A stretch of 64,000 nt of DNA from Hyaloraphidium curvatum SAG 235-1 (taxonomy: Eukaryota > Fungi > Monoblepharomycota): positions 496,001 to 560,000 of the forward strand of contig JAIVFI010000027.1 of assembly GCA_025558095.1 (NCBI GenBank), read 5' to 3'. Both the position numbers and the translations under genes were made by a program. The notes below the pieces were generated by a model. The model was given only the letters and a program-made list of their open reading frames with translations. It was not told the origin of the DNA and did not search any database. This document shows positions 32,863 to 43,560 of this stretch, piece by piece. Every line of letters begins with the position of its first letter. Position 1 is the first letter of the stretch.

Positions 32863-34416
32863 CTACAACCTCGCCGCGAGCACCTTGCTCCCCAGCAGCT
32901 CCCCGACCTCGCCCTCGCCCATCCCCAGCCACTCCCGCAGCACCTCGCGCGTGTGCGCCCCCGTCGGCGGCGCGCTGCGGATGGGCATGTGCTGCGACCG
33001 CGAGAACCTCGGCGCCGCACGGGGCTCCCACTGCGCGAACGGCGCGGCGACGGTCAGCCCTCAATAGATCGGCCGGCATGCAGCGGTGTACCCACGTGGC
33101 TGGGCTGGCTCCCGTCGGTGCCCTCCCTCTTGCCGAGCATCTGCCTCTCCGCCGCGTGCGTGGCCAGGTCCATGTCCCGCCCGTTCTTGCCCCTGACGGG
33201 GAGCACCTCCTCCAGCGAAAAGATCGGCACCGTGCACGCGTCCTTCCCCAGGAAAATCCGCTCCCACTCGTCCCGGGTCTTGCCGAGGAACGCGCCGGCG
33301 ATCCTGCGCCTGGTCTCGGGCCAGCTCGCGCGGTCGTTCTGCGCCGCCCGCATGGATTCGGGGAGGCCGAGCAGGCGGAGCAGCTCGGCGTAGAACTGCG
33401 GCTCGATGGCCTGCACGGACATGTACCGGCCGTCGGCGGTCTCGTACGATTGGCTGGGAGAAGGTGTCGGGATCGGATCGATGCAGGGCGGGCCGCCGCG
33501 GGCCTACCTGTAGGGCGCGCCGTAGTCGAGCACGTTGGTCCCCCGCTCCCCCCAGAGGCCGTTGTAGCGGGACTGGTAGAGGAAGGTGGCCACGTACTGT
33601 CCGGAAGGAGGCGTCAATCCGCGGCCTGGAAGGTATGGGCGGTCGGAAACCCACCGCGGCACCGTCGCACATGGCGCAGTCGATCACCTGCCCCTTCCCG
33701 CTCCCGTTCTTCCGGTTATCCCGCTCGAACAGCGCCATGGCGATGCCGAAGGCCAGCATGAGGCCGCCGCCGGCAAAGTCGCCGACCAGGTTGAGCGAGG
33801 TCGCCGGGGGGCCGGCGGGGTGGCCCAGGGCCGAGAGGAGGCCCGAGGTGGCGACGTAGTTCATGTCGTGGCCGGCCATGTTGGCGTACTTGCCCTGTGC
33901 GAAGCCCAGGATCAGCAGCGACAAGGGGGGGGGCTCGAGGACCGACCTCCTGCCCGAAGCCCGTCATCCTCGCGTAGATGATCTTGGGATTCCGCTTCAT
34001 CACCACCTCGGGCCCCAACCCGAGCTTCTCCATGACCCCCGGCCTGTACGGCTCCATGATCACGTCCGCCTTCTCGCACATCTGCAGGACCAGCTCGACC
34101 CCCCGTAACGACTTGAGGTCCACCTGGACGGACCGCTTGCCCCGCTGCAGGTTGGGCCGGGCGTCGAACCCGGTCAGGCGCTCGACGCGCACGACGTCGG
34201 CGCCGTCTGGAAGGGGCGATGGGGGGTCAGCTTGATCCGACGGGGATCGCGGGAGGACGACCAACAGTCGGCGAGCACCATCCCGCAGAACGGCCCGGGC
34301 TACCCAGAAGAAACAGACGATGAGCAAGATCATTCCTTCGAGATGACGGGGAGGAGCCGGCCCACCCCGATGCCCGCGATTTCAATGACCCTGACACCTC
34401 GCAGGATCGCGTCCAT
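32863..34416 (-). CDS. AMACR: Alpha-methylacyl-CoA racemase, copy 2 (inverted paralog); ends in ARL
   Basis: Near-identical exons (MDAILRGVRVIEIAGIG...SKVLAARL*) and the same intron positions as 28546-30094. Confidence 0.93.
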
Positions 34417-34667
34417 TTCTCCGAGTTTCGGGGGGTCCAGGCACCTTCGGAGGAGGGAATCGCGGGTGCGTTCGACCAGAAGCGATCGACGGTTAGCGCA
34501 GCCGAAGTCGCGCGGTGGCAGGGACGCGGTCCGAGGGGTTTGGCGCGCGCACTTCGGGGGAATGTCCGGCCCGCACGGGACCGAGTGGCAAGTGCACTCC
34601 TTGGACACCCCCGGCAGATCATGAGCTCGTGCCAAGGCGACGCCAACAACTGGTTCAGAAAGGTCGT

Positions 34668-35819
34668 TCAGCGGGCTCCCTGCAAGTCCAACGGGCGGGG
34701 CTCGGGCGGTTCCTCATCGTCGTCGTCGTAGAACCGCACGAACTCCCAATCTTCCCTCTCCAACCTCTTCCCCCATGCGATGTCGTGACCCCCGGACACG
34801 CGGCAGAGCAGCGACTCTAGCGCGGGGCGCGAATCAAGGAGCCCCCCCGCGAGCCAGCCCAGCCTGTCCTCCCAGATCCTGCCGCCGTCGTATCCCAACC
34901 TGAGGACGCGCAGGTTCGGGCACGTCCCCGGATCCCGCGCCAGCCGGCGGATCAGGCCCTGCCGCTCCGCGGTCCGCACGTCCAGGCCGAGCACCTCGAG
35001 CGCGGGCAGGGAGCGCGCGAGGTGGACCATGTGCAGGTCGCCGTAGACGATGCAGAATCCGGAGAGGGAGAGCATGCGCAGGGAGGGCATGGCCAGCCGG
35101 GGGAGGTGTTCGAGGGAGGAGGCGAAGCCGTCGCTCCCGGGCTCGGGTTGGAGCTTGAGCTTGGTGAGGCGGCGGTGCCGCAGGACCATCTGGTGCTCTT
35201 TCGGATCCGGGAGCGCCGAGTCGAACTGGAAGGTCACGCTGTCCAAGTTGGGAGCGCTCCCCAGGAGACGGTGCACCGCGACCCAGCCCATGCCGGCCTG
35301 CCACATGTTCATCCCAGGACTATTGGCATAGTGGTGCTGCAGGTCCCCGTCCTCCTCTTCGTCGTAGTCATCATCCTCCGGTATGTTGAACAGGACGTTG
35401 ACGACCCCGACTCTGGCCCGTTTCAGTGCTGGAAAACCAACCGTTCCGAGAAAGGCCGCAAAGGACACGTCGAGGTTCCACATTTTGAGCTCCTCGACTG
35501 AAGTTCGGTTCTTTCGGATGAGCTCGAAACACGCGTCACCCGCGTCCTCGAGGGCCGCGCGCCGCACGGCACTCCTCGGTAGCCGCAGGGCCAGCTCGCG
35601 CGCAGCGGCGCGCGCATCCAAGTAGTCGGGTCGCTCCAGACCCCAATCTGTCGGCCAAAGAGCGAGGGAGGTCCACGCGCCGGGTATCCGCGCGAGGGTT
35701 TCGAAGGCCTCGCGCCAGAGCCGGGAACACTGCCGCGCCGCGAAACGCGTGCGCGCGTCCGAGTGCAAAAGGATGTGGACGATAATGTCCAGTGGCCGCG
35801 TGGCCTCGAGAGGATCCAT
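34668..35819 (-). CDS. F-box/LRR-like protein (383 aa), paralog of 39306-40519
   Basis: MDPLEATRPLDIIVHILLHSDARTRFAARQCSRLWREA (F-box-like), followed by LRR-like FPALKR, MPSLRML and CPNLRVLRL. Confidence 0.75.
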   Translation of the reverse strand: MDPLEATRPLDIIVHILLHSDARTRFAARQCSRLWREAFETLARIPGAWTSLALWPTDWGLERPDYLDARAAARELALRLPRSAVRRAALEDAGDACFELIRKNRTSVEELKMWNLDVSFAAFLGTVGFPALKRARVGVVNVLFNIPEDDDYDEEEDGDLQHHYANSPGMNMWQAGMGWVAVHRLLGSAPNLDSVTFQFDSALPDPKEHQMVLRHRRLTKLKLQPEPGSDGFASSLEHLPRLAMPSLRMLSLSGFCIVYGDLHMVHLARSLPALEVLGLDVRTAERQGLIRRLARDPGTCPNLRVLRLGYDGGRIWEDRLGWLAGGLLDSRPALESLLCRVSGGHDIAWGKRLEREDWEFVRFYDDDDEEPPEPRPLDLQGAR

Positions 35820-36318
35820 CTTGGCGGCGAACGCGTTCAGCCGTCGGGATCTGCTTCGCGCGAACGGGCATCGCGCGCGGCGCTCGAATCCGTCCTCTGC
35901 CGGGTGCCTTGCCCGAACCGCGAGGACACCATCGAACTCGATGCACAGTATTACGGCCGCGACCTTGCTTGGGGCAAGAAGCTGACGATTGCGGATTGGA
36001 AGTTTGTGCAGTTCTACAGCGATTTCGACGAGGATGTCCCAGAGCCCGGCCCTGTATAGCATTCTCACGCAGGCGAGGGCGGAGGAGGGCATGTACAAGA
36101 CCAGCTTCGTCGAAAGCAAAGATCGACGTCGGTGTTCCGTGGCAAGCAGCAGGATCCTTGAAGACTTGAAACATCCATAGAATATCGTTACCTGCCTGCG
36201 GGATGCGACTTTTCTCGCCATCAGGCCACATGCATATTGTTCGACCTTTGCAAGGCGATCCGGTCCCGCGCGGCCCCCCGCGGCTACGCGTACGGGTTGG
36301 TCGACGTGAACATGAAGC

Positions 36319-36908
36319 TCAACCCCCCCCGTGCACGCCAGCTTCCCCTCCCAGAACCTCAGCTGGTTGCAGTTGTTCGTGAACAGCTGCGCCGACGTCG
36401 GCATGTCCTTGTAGAAGCACTTGCCCAGCGTCTGGCCCGGCAAAGGAAGCCACTCGAACGGTTCCGTCGCGCACGCAGCGTCCGAGTGGTAGTTGAGCCA
36501 CCAATTCCCCGCGGTGCCGTTCACGGAGAGGCAGCGCAGGTTGTCCAGGCCGCCGGAACCCGTGCCGGTCCAATGCCTCTGGTCCAGGTCGCTCCGCTGC
36601 GTGCATTCGGTGGTGGGGTCGTAGGCGTAACGGCGGTAGAGCTCCCGCCGGGAGGAATAGCGGGAGCAGCTCACGGAGCCGGAAGAGGAGAGGGGTCGAG
36701 CTCGCTGCACGGGGGCGGGGAAAGCCGTCAGCGGGGGTTTCGGGAGCAAAGGAGGGCAGACGGACCAGAATGACTCTTCTGGGCATTCCGCGCAGGAGCG
36801 GGCCAGCAGGCGGCCGGTCGGGGTGGCGTCTCCACCGGGCAATAGTGCACAGGATAGAAGGGAGGCGAGCAGCAGCAGGGCGACGAAGGTCCGCGAGCGC
36901 CGCCGCAT
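36319..36908 (-). CDS. Small secreted Cys-rich protein, apparently frameshifted; N-terminal module shared with 52808-53497
   Basis: Signal peptide FVALLLLASLLSCALLPGGDA, then RSCAECPEESFC/E...VSCSRYSSRRELYRRYA and a Cys-rich domain to KLACTGG. The 3' end is uncertain because of a poly-G run. Confidence 0.55.
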
Positions 36909-37183
36909 AGCGTTCTCGTACGCAGGTGGCGCAGGTCTGTCACTCCCGCCGGCACTCCGCCTGGGGAGTAACAGGGCGGGAGAGGTGGTCCACAGTATCG
37001 ACAGCGTGATAAGAAGGCGGTGCCGCGAGCGCGGCGGACGGCGATGACTCCGGGGACGCGGCGGATTGAGGTATCTCGGAGGGACGGCCGCGGCGGACGA
37101 CTTGGCGCTCCCACCCAACACCGCTTACGAAAGTCGCGAACCCGGAGCGGGAACGCGTCTCCCTTCCCTATTGGTAATCGGCG

Positions 37184-38092
37184 ATGCGTGCGCCGGCCGT
37201 CTTTGTCTCGCACGCCACGGCGCTGCATTCGATGGACACCCAAAGCGCCATGTTCCGCGCGCTGTCGAAAGCGCTGGCGGACGTCCCCCGGCCGCGCGGG
37301 ATCGTCGTCGTTTCCGCGCACTGGGTCCACCGGCCGTCTTCTTTGCAGGATCTCACCGCCACCGTCGCGACGGGGCCGGAAGCAGGCTCCTGGGGGACCA
37401 CGCACGACCACCCGGCTTCGGGCCTGTACGGCTTCACCTACGACGCGCCCACCTCCTCGGACCTTGCAGAAGAAACCAGAAACGCACTCACAAAGGCGGG
37501 CATCGCGACGCGCGACGCGAGTGGCCGGACGGGGCTCGACCACGGCGCGTGGATCGCGCTGCATTCCCTGTTCCCCGACAGGAGCCCCGCACCCGTGGTG
37601 CAGGCCTCCCTCCTCCGGCTTCCCTCTCTCGCTGATTCGGTGGAGGCCAACCTCGCCCTGGGACGCGCCCTCGGATCCCTGCGCGGCAGAGGGATCGCGG
37701 TCGTCTCGAGCGGCGGCGCCACGCACAACCAGGAAGAGTTCAGGCGGTCCTACCTGGCGAGCGGGCTGTCCCTTGCCGAGGCCGCGGACTGGAGCGAGGC
37801 CGCCCGGGAGCGGAGGAGGACGGCGGCGGGGCGGGCGGTGCCGTTCCGCGAGAGCGCCGAGTTCGACGACTTCCTCGCGGGCTGCATGGAGAAAGGCGAC
37901 ATGGACGCGATCGTGCGGTTCGACGGCCAGCCTTCCGCCCTCAAAGCGCATCCGGATCCGCTGGACGGCCACCTGCTCGCGCTCTTCGTCGCCCTCGGGG
38001 CCGCACAGGGGGATCCCGCCATAAGAATCCATAGTGGATTCCAGCACGGGCTGTCCGAGGCCGCGTACGCGTGGGGGCTCCCTCTTGATTGA
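37184..38092 (+). CDS. LigB-family extradiol dioxygenase (DODA/YgiD-like), intronless
   Basis: Motifs PAVFVSH, IVVVSAHW, LYGFTYDAP, GLDHGAW, PVVQASL, LGRALGSLR, SSGGATHN, AHP...HLL and HGLS. Confidence 0.9.
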   Translation: MRAPAVFVSHATALHSMDTQSAMFRALSKALADVPRPRGIVVVSAHWVHRPSSLQDLTATVATGPEAGSWGTTHDHPASGLYGFTYDAPTSSDLAEETRNALTKAGIATRDASGRTGLDHGAWIALHSLFPDRSPAPVVQASLLRLPSLADSVEANLALGRALGSLRGRGIAVVSSGGATHNQEEFRRSYLASGLSLAEAADWSEAARERRRTAAGRAVPFRESAEFDDFLAGCMEKGDMDAIVRFDGQPSALKAHPDPLDGHLLALFVALGAAQGDPAIRIHSGFQHGLSEAAYAWGLPLD

Positions 38093-38244
38093 TAAGATGG
38101 ATGGATGGACGGATACAAGCTAGACTGGCCCTGCAGTGTTTCTGCCTTAACTTCGCCGCGTCCCCGCGAACCCCCGACCGAATCCCCGGCCGACGCGTCA
38201 GCCCGCGGCACGAGGCAATCCTCCTCTCCGCCCGCCGACCCGCG

Positions 38245-39237
38245 ATGGGCATCCCGTCGGCCGACATCGAGGCCGCGGTCGCCGCCGCCCACGCGGCCGC
38301 CCGGACCGCCACCGGCGGCGCCAACGCGTCGTACATCCCGTTCCTCGCCAAGGTCCCCGCGGACCTGCTCGCCGTGTGCGCCGTGACCCCCGACGGCCGC
38401 GTCTTCTCCGCCGGCGACGCCGATTTTGCCTTCGCCGTCGAGTCGGTCAGCAAGGTGTTCACGTGCGCCCTCGCGATGGAGCAGCGCGGGCCCGACGCCG
38501 TCCGCGACAAGATCGGCACGCGGCCGACGGGGATGCCGTTCAACTCGGTCGTCGCGCTCGAGATGCACGGGGACAGGCCGATGTCGCCTTTAGTGAACGC
38601 CGGGGCCATCGCCACGGCGAGCTTCGTCGAGGCGTCGTCGCCCAAGGAGAGGTTCGACCTCATAAGGGGCAACATGTCGGCGTTTGCCGGGCGCGAGCTG
38701 GCCGTCAGCGAGGAGATATACTCCTCCGAGTCGGCCACCAACCTGCGCAACCGCGCCATCGCCTACCTCCTGGCATCGGCGGGGACCTGCTACTCGGAGC
38801 CCATGGAGGCGCTGGACGTCTACACCCGCGCGTGCTCCGTCCTGATCACCTGCACGGACCTGGCCACCATGGCCGCCACGCTGGCCAACGGCGGGACCAA
38901 CCCCGCCACGGGCAAGCGGTGCGTCGGCAGGGACGTGGTGCCCCCCGTGCTCGCCGAGATGGTGATGGAGGGCATGTACGACAGCTCGGGGGACTGGGCA
39001 TTCAGGGTCGGGCTGCCGGGCAAGAGCGGGGTCGGGGGCGGGGTGATGGCCGTCGCGCCGGGGAAGCTCGGGATCGCGGCGTTCTCGCCGCCCCTGGACG
39101 AGGTGGGGAACAGCGTCAGGGCGCAGGTGGCGGTGGCAGAGGTGGCGAAGCGGCTGGGGCTGAACCTGTTTGCGGTACCCGAGGAGAGCGCGCCTGCGGG
39201 CGAGCAGCCGGCCGTGACCCTTCAACCGGACTCGTGA
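38245..39237 (+). CDS. glsA: Bacterial-type glutaminase A (YbaS/GlsA-like), intronless, 330 aa
   Basis: Motifs ASYIPFLA, ESVSK (catalytic SxxK), PTGMPFNS, PLVNAGAI, GMYDSSGDWAFRVGLPGKSGVGGG and FSPPLDEVGNSVR. Confidence 0.95.
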   Translation: MGIPSADIEAAVAAAHAAARTATGGANASYIPFLAKVPADLLAVCAVTPDGRVFSAGDADFAFAVESVSKVFTCALAMEQRGPDAVRDKIGTRPTGMPFNSVVALEMHGDRPMSPLVNAGAIATASFVEASSPKERFDLIRGNMSAFAGRELAVSEEIYSSESATNLRNRAIAYLLASAGTCYSEPMEALDVYTRACSVLITCTDLATMAATLANGGTNPATGKRCVGRDVVPPVLAEMVMEGMYDSSGDWAFRVGLPGKSGVGGGVMAVAPGKLGIAAFSPPLDEVGNSVRAQVAVAEVAKRLGLNLFAVPEESAPAGEQPAVTLQPDS

Positions 39238-39305
39238 TCGCCGGGATGCGCATATACAAACTCTTACGGTATCAATGATCTAGCTGGTACGTACTACCGA
39301 TGAAT

Positions 39306-40519
39306 CTATGTTTGGGTCGTCCCTCCGCCCGCTCCCGAGTGCGGCGCCGGCCCGGGCTCGGGCGCCTCCTTGTCGGAATCGTAGCAGAGGCGCACGAACC
39401 GCCACTCCGAAGGCGCCAGCTTCCTGCCCCACGCCACATCGTGCGCGCCCTCCTGGGGATCTGCCCAAAGGTCCGCACCGCGCGGATGCTGCACCCGGCA
39501 CAGGACGGACTTGAGCGCGGGTCGCGAACCGAGGAGCGTTTCCGCGAGGTTGTCCAGCTTGTCGTCCCCGGATGTGCCGCCGTCGAAGCCCAGACGGAGG
39601 ATCCGCAGGTTGGGGCAGACGCCCGGCTGGGCTGCGAGCCGCTGGAGCAGTGCAGGGCGCCGCCCGGTGCGGACGTCCAGGCTGGCGACCTCCAGCGATG
39701 CCAAGGCGCGGAGAAATGCGAGGATCTCAAGCTCGTCGTTCGCGAGGCAGAAGCCCGTCAGGGAGATCATGCGCAGGCACGGCATGGCCAGGCGCGGAAG
39801 GTTGGCCAGCGGGGATTCGAAGCATTGTAACGCGAGATCGGGTCCGAGCTTAAGCTTGACCAGACGACCGTGCCTGAGAACCATGAGGTGGTCATCGGGC
39901 ATCGGCAGCTCCGTATCGAACTTGAATTCGAGGCGTTCAAGGTTTCGGGCGCTGCGCAGGAACCGGTGCAGCGCGACCCATCCCGTGCCGGCCTGCCACA
40001 TGTCCATCCCGGGCTCGTGCACGTCACGGTCTTCCAGGTCGGCGTCTTCGGCTTCGTCGAAATCGCTGTCGCTGTCGCCCGTCACGTCGAACCAGAGGTT
40101 GCTAATCCCGAGGCTGGCCTCCTTGAGCGCCGGGAATCGCCACTTGCCGAGCAGCGCGCAGGACGACACGTCGACTTCGTAGATAACGAGTTCGTCGAGG
40201 ACGGCGGCGTTGGGTTTGAGGAGGCCGAAGCAGCCCTCCGCCGAATTGGAGAGGTCCGCGAGGCGCACGCACCCCCGGGGCATCCGCAGTGCCAGCTCGC
40301 GCGCGGCCGCGTACGGGTCGCGGTACGCCGGGTGCACGATGCCCGGGTACCGCGGCCAGATGACCAGGGTCGCCCACGCGCCGGGCATCCGCGCGACGAG
40401 CTCGAAGGCCTCGCGCCACAGGCGGCTGCATTCCCGGGCCAGGAACCGCGTGCGCGCGCCCGAATGGAAGAGGATGTGCACGATGATGTCGAGGGGCCGG
40501 GATGCGGGGCGTGCTCCAT
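39306..40519 (-). pseudogene. F-box/LRR-like paralog of 34668-35819 whose ATG is 1 nt out of frame
   Basis: The body aligns with the paralog (RPLDIIVHILFHS..., PGMDMWQAGTGWVALHR, HDVAWGRKL). The ATG at 40519 is 20 nt, not 21 nt, before RPLD. This is either a real lesion or an assembly indel. Confidence 0.6.
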
Positions 40520-40648
40520 ATCGTTGCCGGGGAAACGTGTCTTCGATTCTAGGTGACCGGGGGTTGGGGACGAAGGTCCCGAATCGTCGTCGGTGCTTCA
40601 GCTAAATCACAACGAATCCCCTTCAAACATCCATGCAATAGATCCCCG

Positions 40649-43365
40649 TCATCCCGGCAGGAACGCCTCCGCCGGAACCCCCGCCCTCGCCGCCCCGAAC
40701 ATCTCCATCGCCCTCCCCGCGTCCCACGCCGACTCCGCGAGCAGCTGCACCGCGAACGGGTAGTTGAGCCGCGTGGCGAGCTGGATCTGGATGACGATCG
40801 CGTGCTGCGCGTCCGTCTGGCAAACAGGTTAGACGAAATGGTGGTGGCGGGGGAGAGGCGCGGACCCACCAGGTTGTTGGCGGCCTTCATCTGCAGCGCT
40901 TGCTCAGCCGTCTGCCCCGGCACCTGCGGTTCCTGGGGCTGCTGCACCGCCGGCAGCGGGACCGCCGCCGGCGGCGCGACCACAGGCACGGTGCTGCTCG
41001 CCACGGGCGCGGGCACCTCGGCGGCCTTTGCCACCGCGTCCCGCCACGCGCGATTGGTGCTCCAGAACCGCACGTGGAGCTCGTCGTTGAGGATGGTGTA
41101 GCCCCAGCCGGCCTGCGCCGCGGCGGAGCCGGGGGCCGCGGGGGCGATGAGGAAGGTGCGGGAGAAAGATTTGCGGAGGTTGAGGGAGACTGTGGGTGGG
41201 AAGGCGGTTCAAACCAGGACCTTGGTGCGCACGAACGCCCCGACACCCACGTTCGATGAACTCCCCATGGATGGTAAGGAACACGGCCTGGATCGGCTCC
41301 TGCCCCTCGGGCCCCGGCAGCGTCACCATCCACGCGTCCACGACCGAGCTGTCCAGCGACCCCGGCGCCGGATGCCGCGTCGCCGGCAGGTGCCTCAGCG
41401 CGTCGACGATGGCCCCGGGCCCGCGGTGCAGCTGCGCGGCCTTCTTGGCCGCGCCACCGGCCTTGAGCGACCGCGCGCGCGGGTTCCACGCGCTCATGTC
41501 GTCCCCGCGCGTGCGGCCGGACATCCTGTAGCCGGGGACGGGGTTGATGCTGGTGGTGAGGGAGAAGCAGGCCTCGGGGTGGTAGAGGGGGGCGAGGGCG
41601 TTGCGGTTGACGTCGAAGAGGGGGAAGAACCTCCGCGAGGGTGAGCAACGGGGGAGCAGGAGGTCGCAGAGCAACCCACTTGGCGACGAAATCGTCCGCC
41701 ACGGCCTTGGTCTCCTCCATGTCCACGAACCCCGGTCTGACCTCGAGCGGCAGCCCCGACGCCTTTGCCGGCCCGGCCGTCGCCTCCTCCTCCATCTCCT
41801 CTTCCGCGTCCTCGACGGGGGCGTCGTCCAGGATCCGCAGGGTCGGGAAGATCTTGCGCACGTCGTTGCGCCATTTCGCGCTCTCGGTGCGGTTCTTCTG
41901 CACCTCCCGCTCCCGCACCGGGTTGCCCACGAGGATGAGCTCGTTCAGGGGCGCGTTGCGGAGGGCGACGAGGGCGTCGAGGTTCTGCAGGCGGTTGTGG
42001 GCGACGCTGAGGTTGACGACCTTGGGGCAGCGCTGGAGGAGGGTGGCGAGGGGCTGGAGGGTTGACATGCCGAGCTTGTCGGCGCGAAGCGAGACCAGCT
42101 GTGGGCGGAGAGAAAGCTTGACGTCAGCAGCCTGGAAGAGACCGCGACGGAGCCGCTAGACACCCACGTCCGGGCACTCCTCCCCCAACAGCGCGCAGAT
42201 CGCCTCCCCCGTCCTCCTCCCGTCCTCGATGTTCCGCACCCCCGTCCTCCTGACCTCCGGATCCTCCCCCATCGACGAAATGTCGCACATCCCGATGGAC
42301 GGGTTCCAACCCTTGCGGACGAAGCTCCGCAAGGCGGCCAGGACCGACTGCAGCCCGGCGCCGCCTCCGCCGCCGCCTTCGCGGGCCTGCGGTTGGAGGG
42401 AGATGACGAGCTTCTGGCCGCGGAATTTGAGGCCGGAGATCTTGCGCAGGGCGAAGGCTTCCTTGGCGGGGAGGCGGGAGAGGAGCAGGGGGCCGGAATA
42501 GGAGATCTGTGGGTTTCGAAGATCGCCAATATTCGGTCAGCAACACAACAGTCGACCGGTCTCGTCCGACACCCACGTTCCGCAGCCTTACGACCGGGTT
42601 CGTCTTGGACTGCACGAAGCTGATGAGATCGGCCTCGGAGCCCTTGTCCCAGCCCGTGATCTCGGCGACAATCTCGCCCGCGCTCGCCGACGGGCCAGAG
42701 GGGCCGGCCACGGTGGGGTTCTCGACGAACTGCACGCGTTGCTTGCCGCGCGAGGGGCGCGCGGCATACGGGGTGCTGAGCATTGAGGGAATCGTGGGCA
42801 AAAGAGAGGCAGTGCCGAGAGGCGGGGGGAAGAAGGGGATCCGGGAAGGCCTGGTGAGCAACGGTCCGAGAACAAGGAGGAGGGGCCGCAAGAGACCCTA
42901 GATCAAGAGATCCAGTGCCCCGTATGCCCATAAACATTCCCAATGCGTGTCCCAGACGGCGCAAGTCCAGCAAGAGGACGGCCAAGGTTCCGCAAGGTCC
43001 CCCTCTGGCCCCTTCCCCTCCTCCCAAAAGACCAGAAGGGGCCCGTCGGAGCTGCTCCGCCGTCCCAGCAATTCAACTCACAATCGCTTCTTGTGCGAGT
43101 CCTCCTGCTGCTCGCCGCCCATGCCCACGTCGCCGTCCTTGTCGTCGAACACGACCTCGCCGGGCTCCGGCTGGCGGGCGCCGCCGCGCCCGCGGCCCCG
43201 ACCCCGCCCGCGCCCGCGGTTCTGCTGCCCGCCGCCGCGCGTCCACCGCCCGTCGGGCGCGCCGCCGCCGCCGCCGCCGCCCGCGGCGCCCTGCACCTGC
43301 CGGCCGAGCCGCGACTGCAGGAAGTTCGCGAAGCCCGTCGGCCGCCGCTCCGCGTCCGAATACAT
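40649..43365 (-). CDS. MEX67: mRNA export factor Mex67/NXF1 (RGG, RRM-like, LRR, NTF2-like, TAP-C), ~7 exons
   Basis: RF/TPY NLS, SGLKFRGQKL, NLSVAHNRL..ELILVGNP..FPTLRILD, FFPLFDVNRNAL..LY...FSL, LPATRH, IHGEFIE, RTFLIAP, ILNDELHVR, and a C-terminal VPAEAF. Confidence 0.9.
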
Positions 43366-43560
43366 GGCGGCGCGCTGCTGGCCACTAAACGGACGCGGTT
43401 CGAGGCCTCCTCTCCGCCGCAAGCCCCGAAGGCGGTTCGAGGTGTGTGTGATTTTTCTGGTACTGGGCCTCTAATGTCTGGCCGTCTTCAAGGTCGATCT
43501 CTAAGCAGCCAACCCCGAAACCAATCCGTCCATTCGACGTGTCTCCAGGCGGCTACTGCC

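Noticed and set aside
34668-37121. 817-aa ORF suggesting a secreted-domain/F-box fusion
   Set aside because: The middle is low-GC UTR-like sequence, the F-box paralog starts independently, and a poly-G run likely masks the upstream stop. It is best read as two genes.
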